This document shows, one piece after another, positions 63,925 to 64,000 of a stretch of DNA of 64,000 bases (position 1 is the first letter of the stretch; the number at the start of each line of letters is the position of its first letter). The DNA lies in NCBI GenBank assembly GCA_963742105.1, contig CAVUKN010000007.1, forward strand, positions 514,476-578,475, written 5' to 3'. The notes under the pieces are model-generated. The model ran no database searches and was not told the DNA's origin. It was given only the letters and a program-made list of their open reading frames with translations. Source of the DNA: an uncultured Acidobacteriota bacterium (lineage in GTDB: Bacteria; Acidobacteriota; Vicinamibacteria; Vicinamibacterales; UBA2999). The position numbers and the translations under genes were made by a program.

Positions 63925-63948
63925 GGCTGACCTCGTGGCTGGCGATTG

Positions 63949-64000
63949 CTAGTTCAATGCCGTACGCAGTTCCCGCCAGGCCTGGCGGGCCTCCTCGACG
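63949..64000 (-). CDS. 3' end of a minus-strand CDS continuing beyond the window (...VEEARQAWRELRTALN*)
   Basis: Open frame from the window edge to TAG (complement of 63949-63951). Too short to assign. Confidence 0.25.
   Translation of the reverse strand, partial: VEEARQAWRELRTALN

Overview
High-GC (roughly two-thirds G+C by eye) bacterial chromosomal segment. The gene repertoire (BON/RRM stress proteins, tandem PQQ dehydrogenases, NHL propeller, DUF349, AddAB) suggests a soil Acidobacteriota- or Gemmatimonadota-like organism; that assignment is inference only. I can support about 55 protein-coding genes, mostly housekeeping: speA, thrC, pepF, ahcY, asd, gluQ, an exonuclease plus ATP-dependent DNA ligase pair, aat-clpS-clpA, pdxH, addB-addA and fdxA. 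An accessory block of secreted enzymes lies at 55-63.5 kb. I recognised no rRNA, tRNA, CRISPR array, transposase or integrase. Four things stand out. (1) At least 14 intergenic inverted repeats are built from tandem 7-9 nt words. They sit exactly at gene 3' ends and fall into at least four dispersed families. Two copies of one family bracket the upstream stop codon and the downstream start codon, and some supply the last codons of genes. (2) A tandem array of about 15 copies of a 22-bp unit lies just upstream of addB, and a nested palindrome of about 300 bp follows pepF. (3) Eight single-base-insertion (+1) frameshifts interrupt six otherwise convincing genes; the uniform type points to assembly indels rather than natural decay. 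(4) Several translationally coupled gene pairs or trios have no described function: a membrane Ser/Thr kinase with a 12-TM/HEAT protein and a Lys-rich microprotein; a GRDP-like protein with a Gly/Ser/Cys tail and a K+ channel; and a minimal nucleotidyltransferase with an EEP nuclease/phosphatase. Every functional call rests on motif recognition from the supplied translations. No database search was run.
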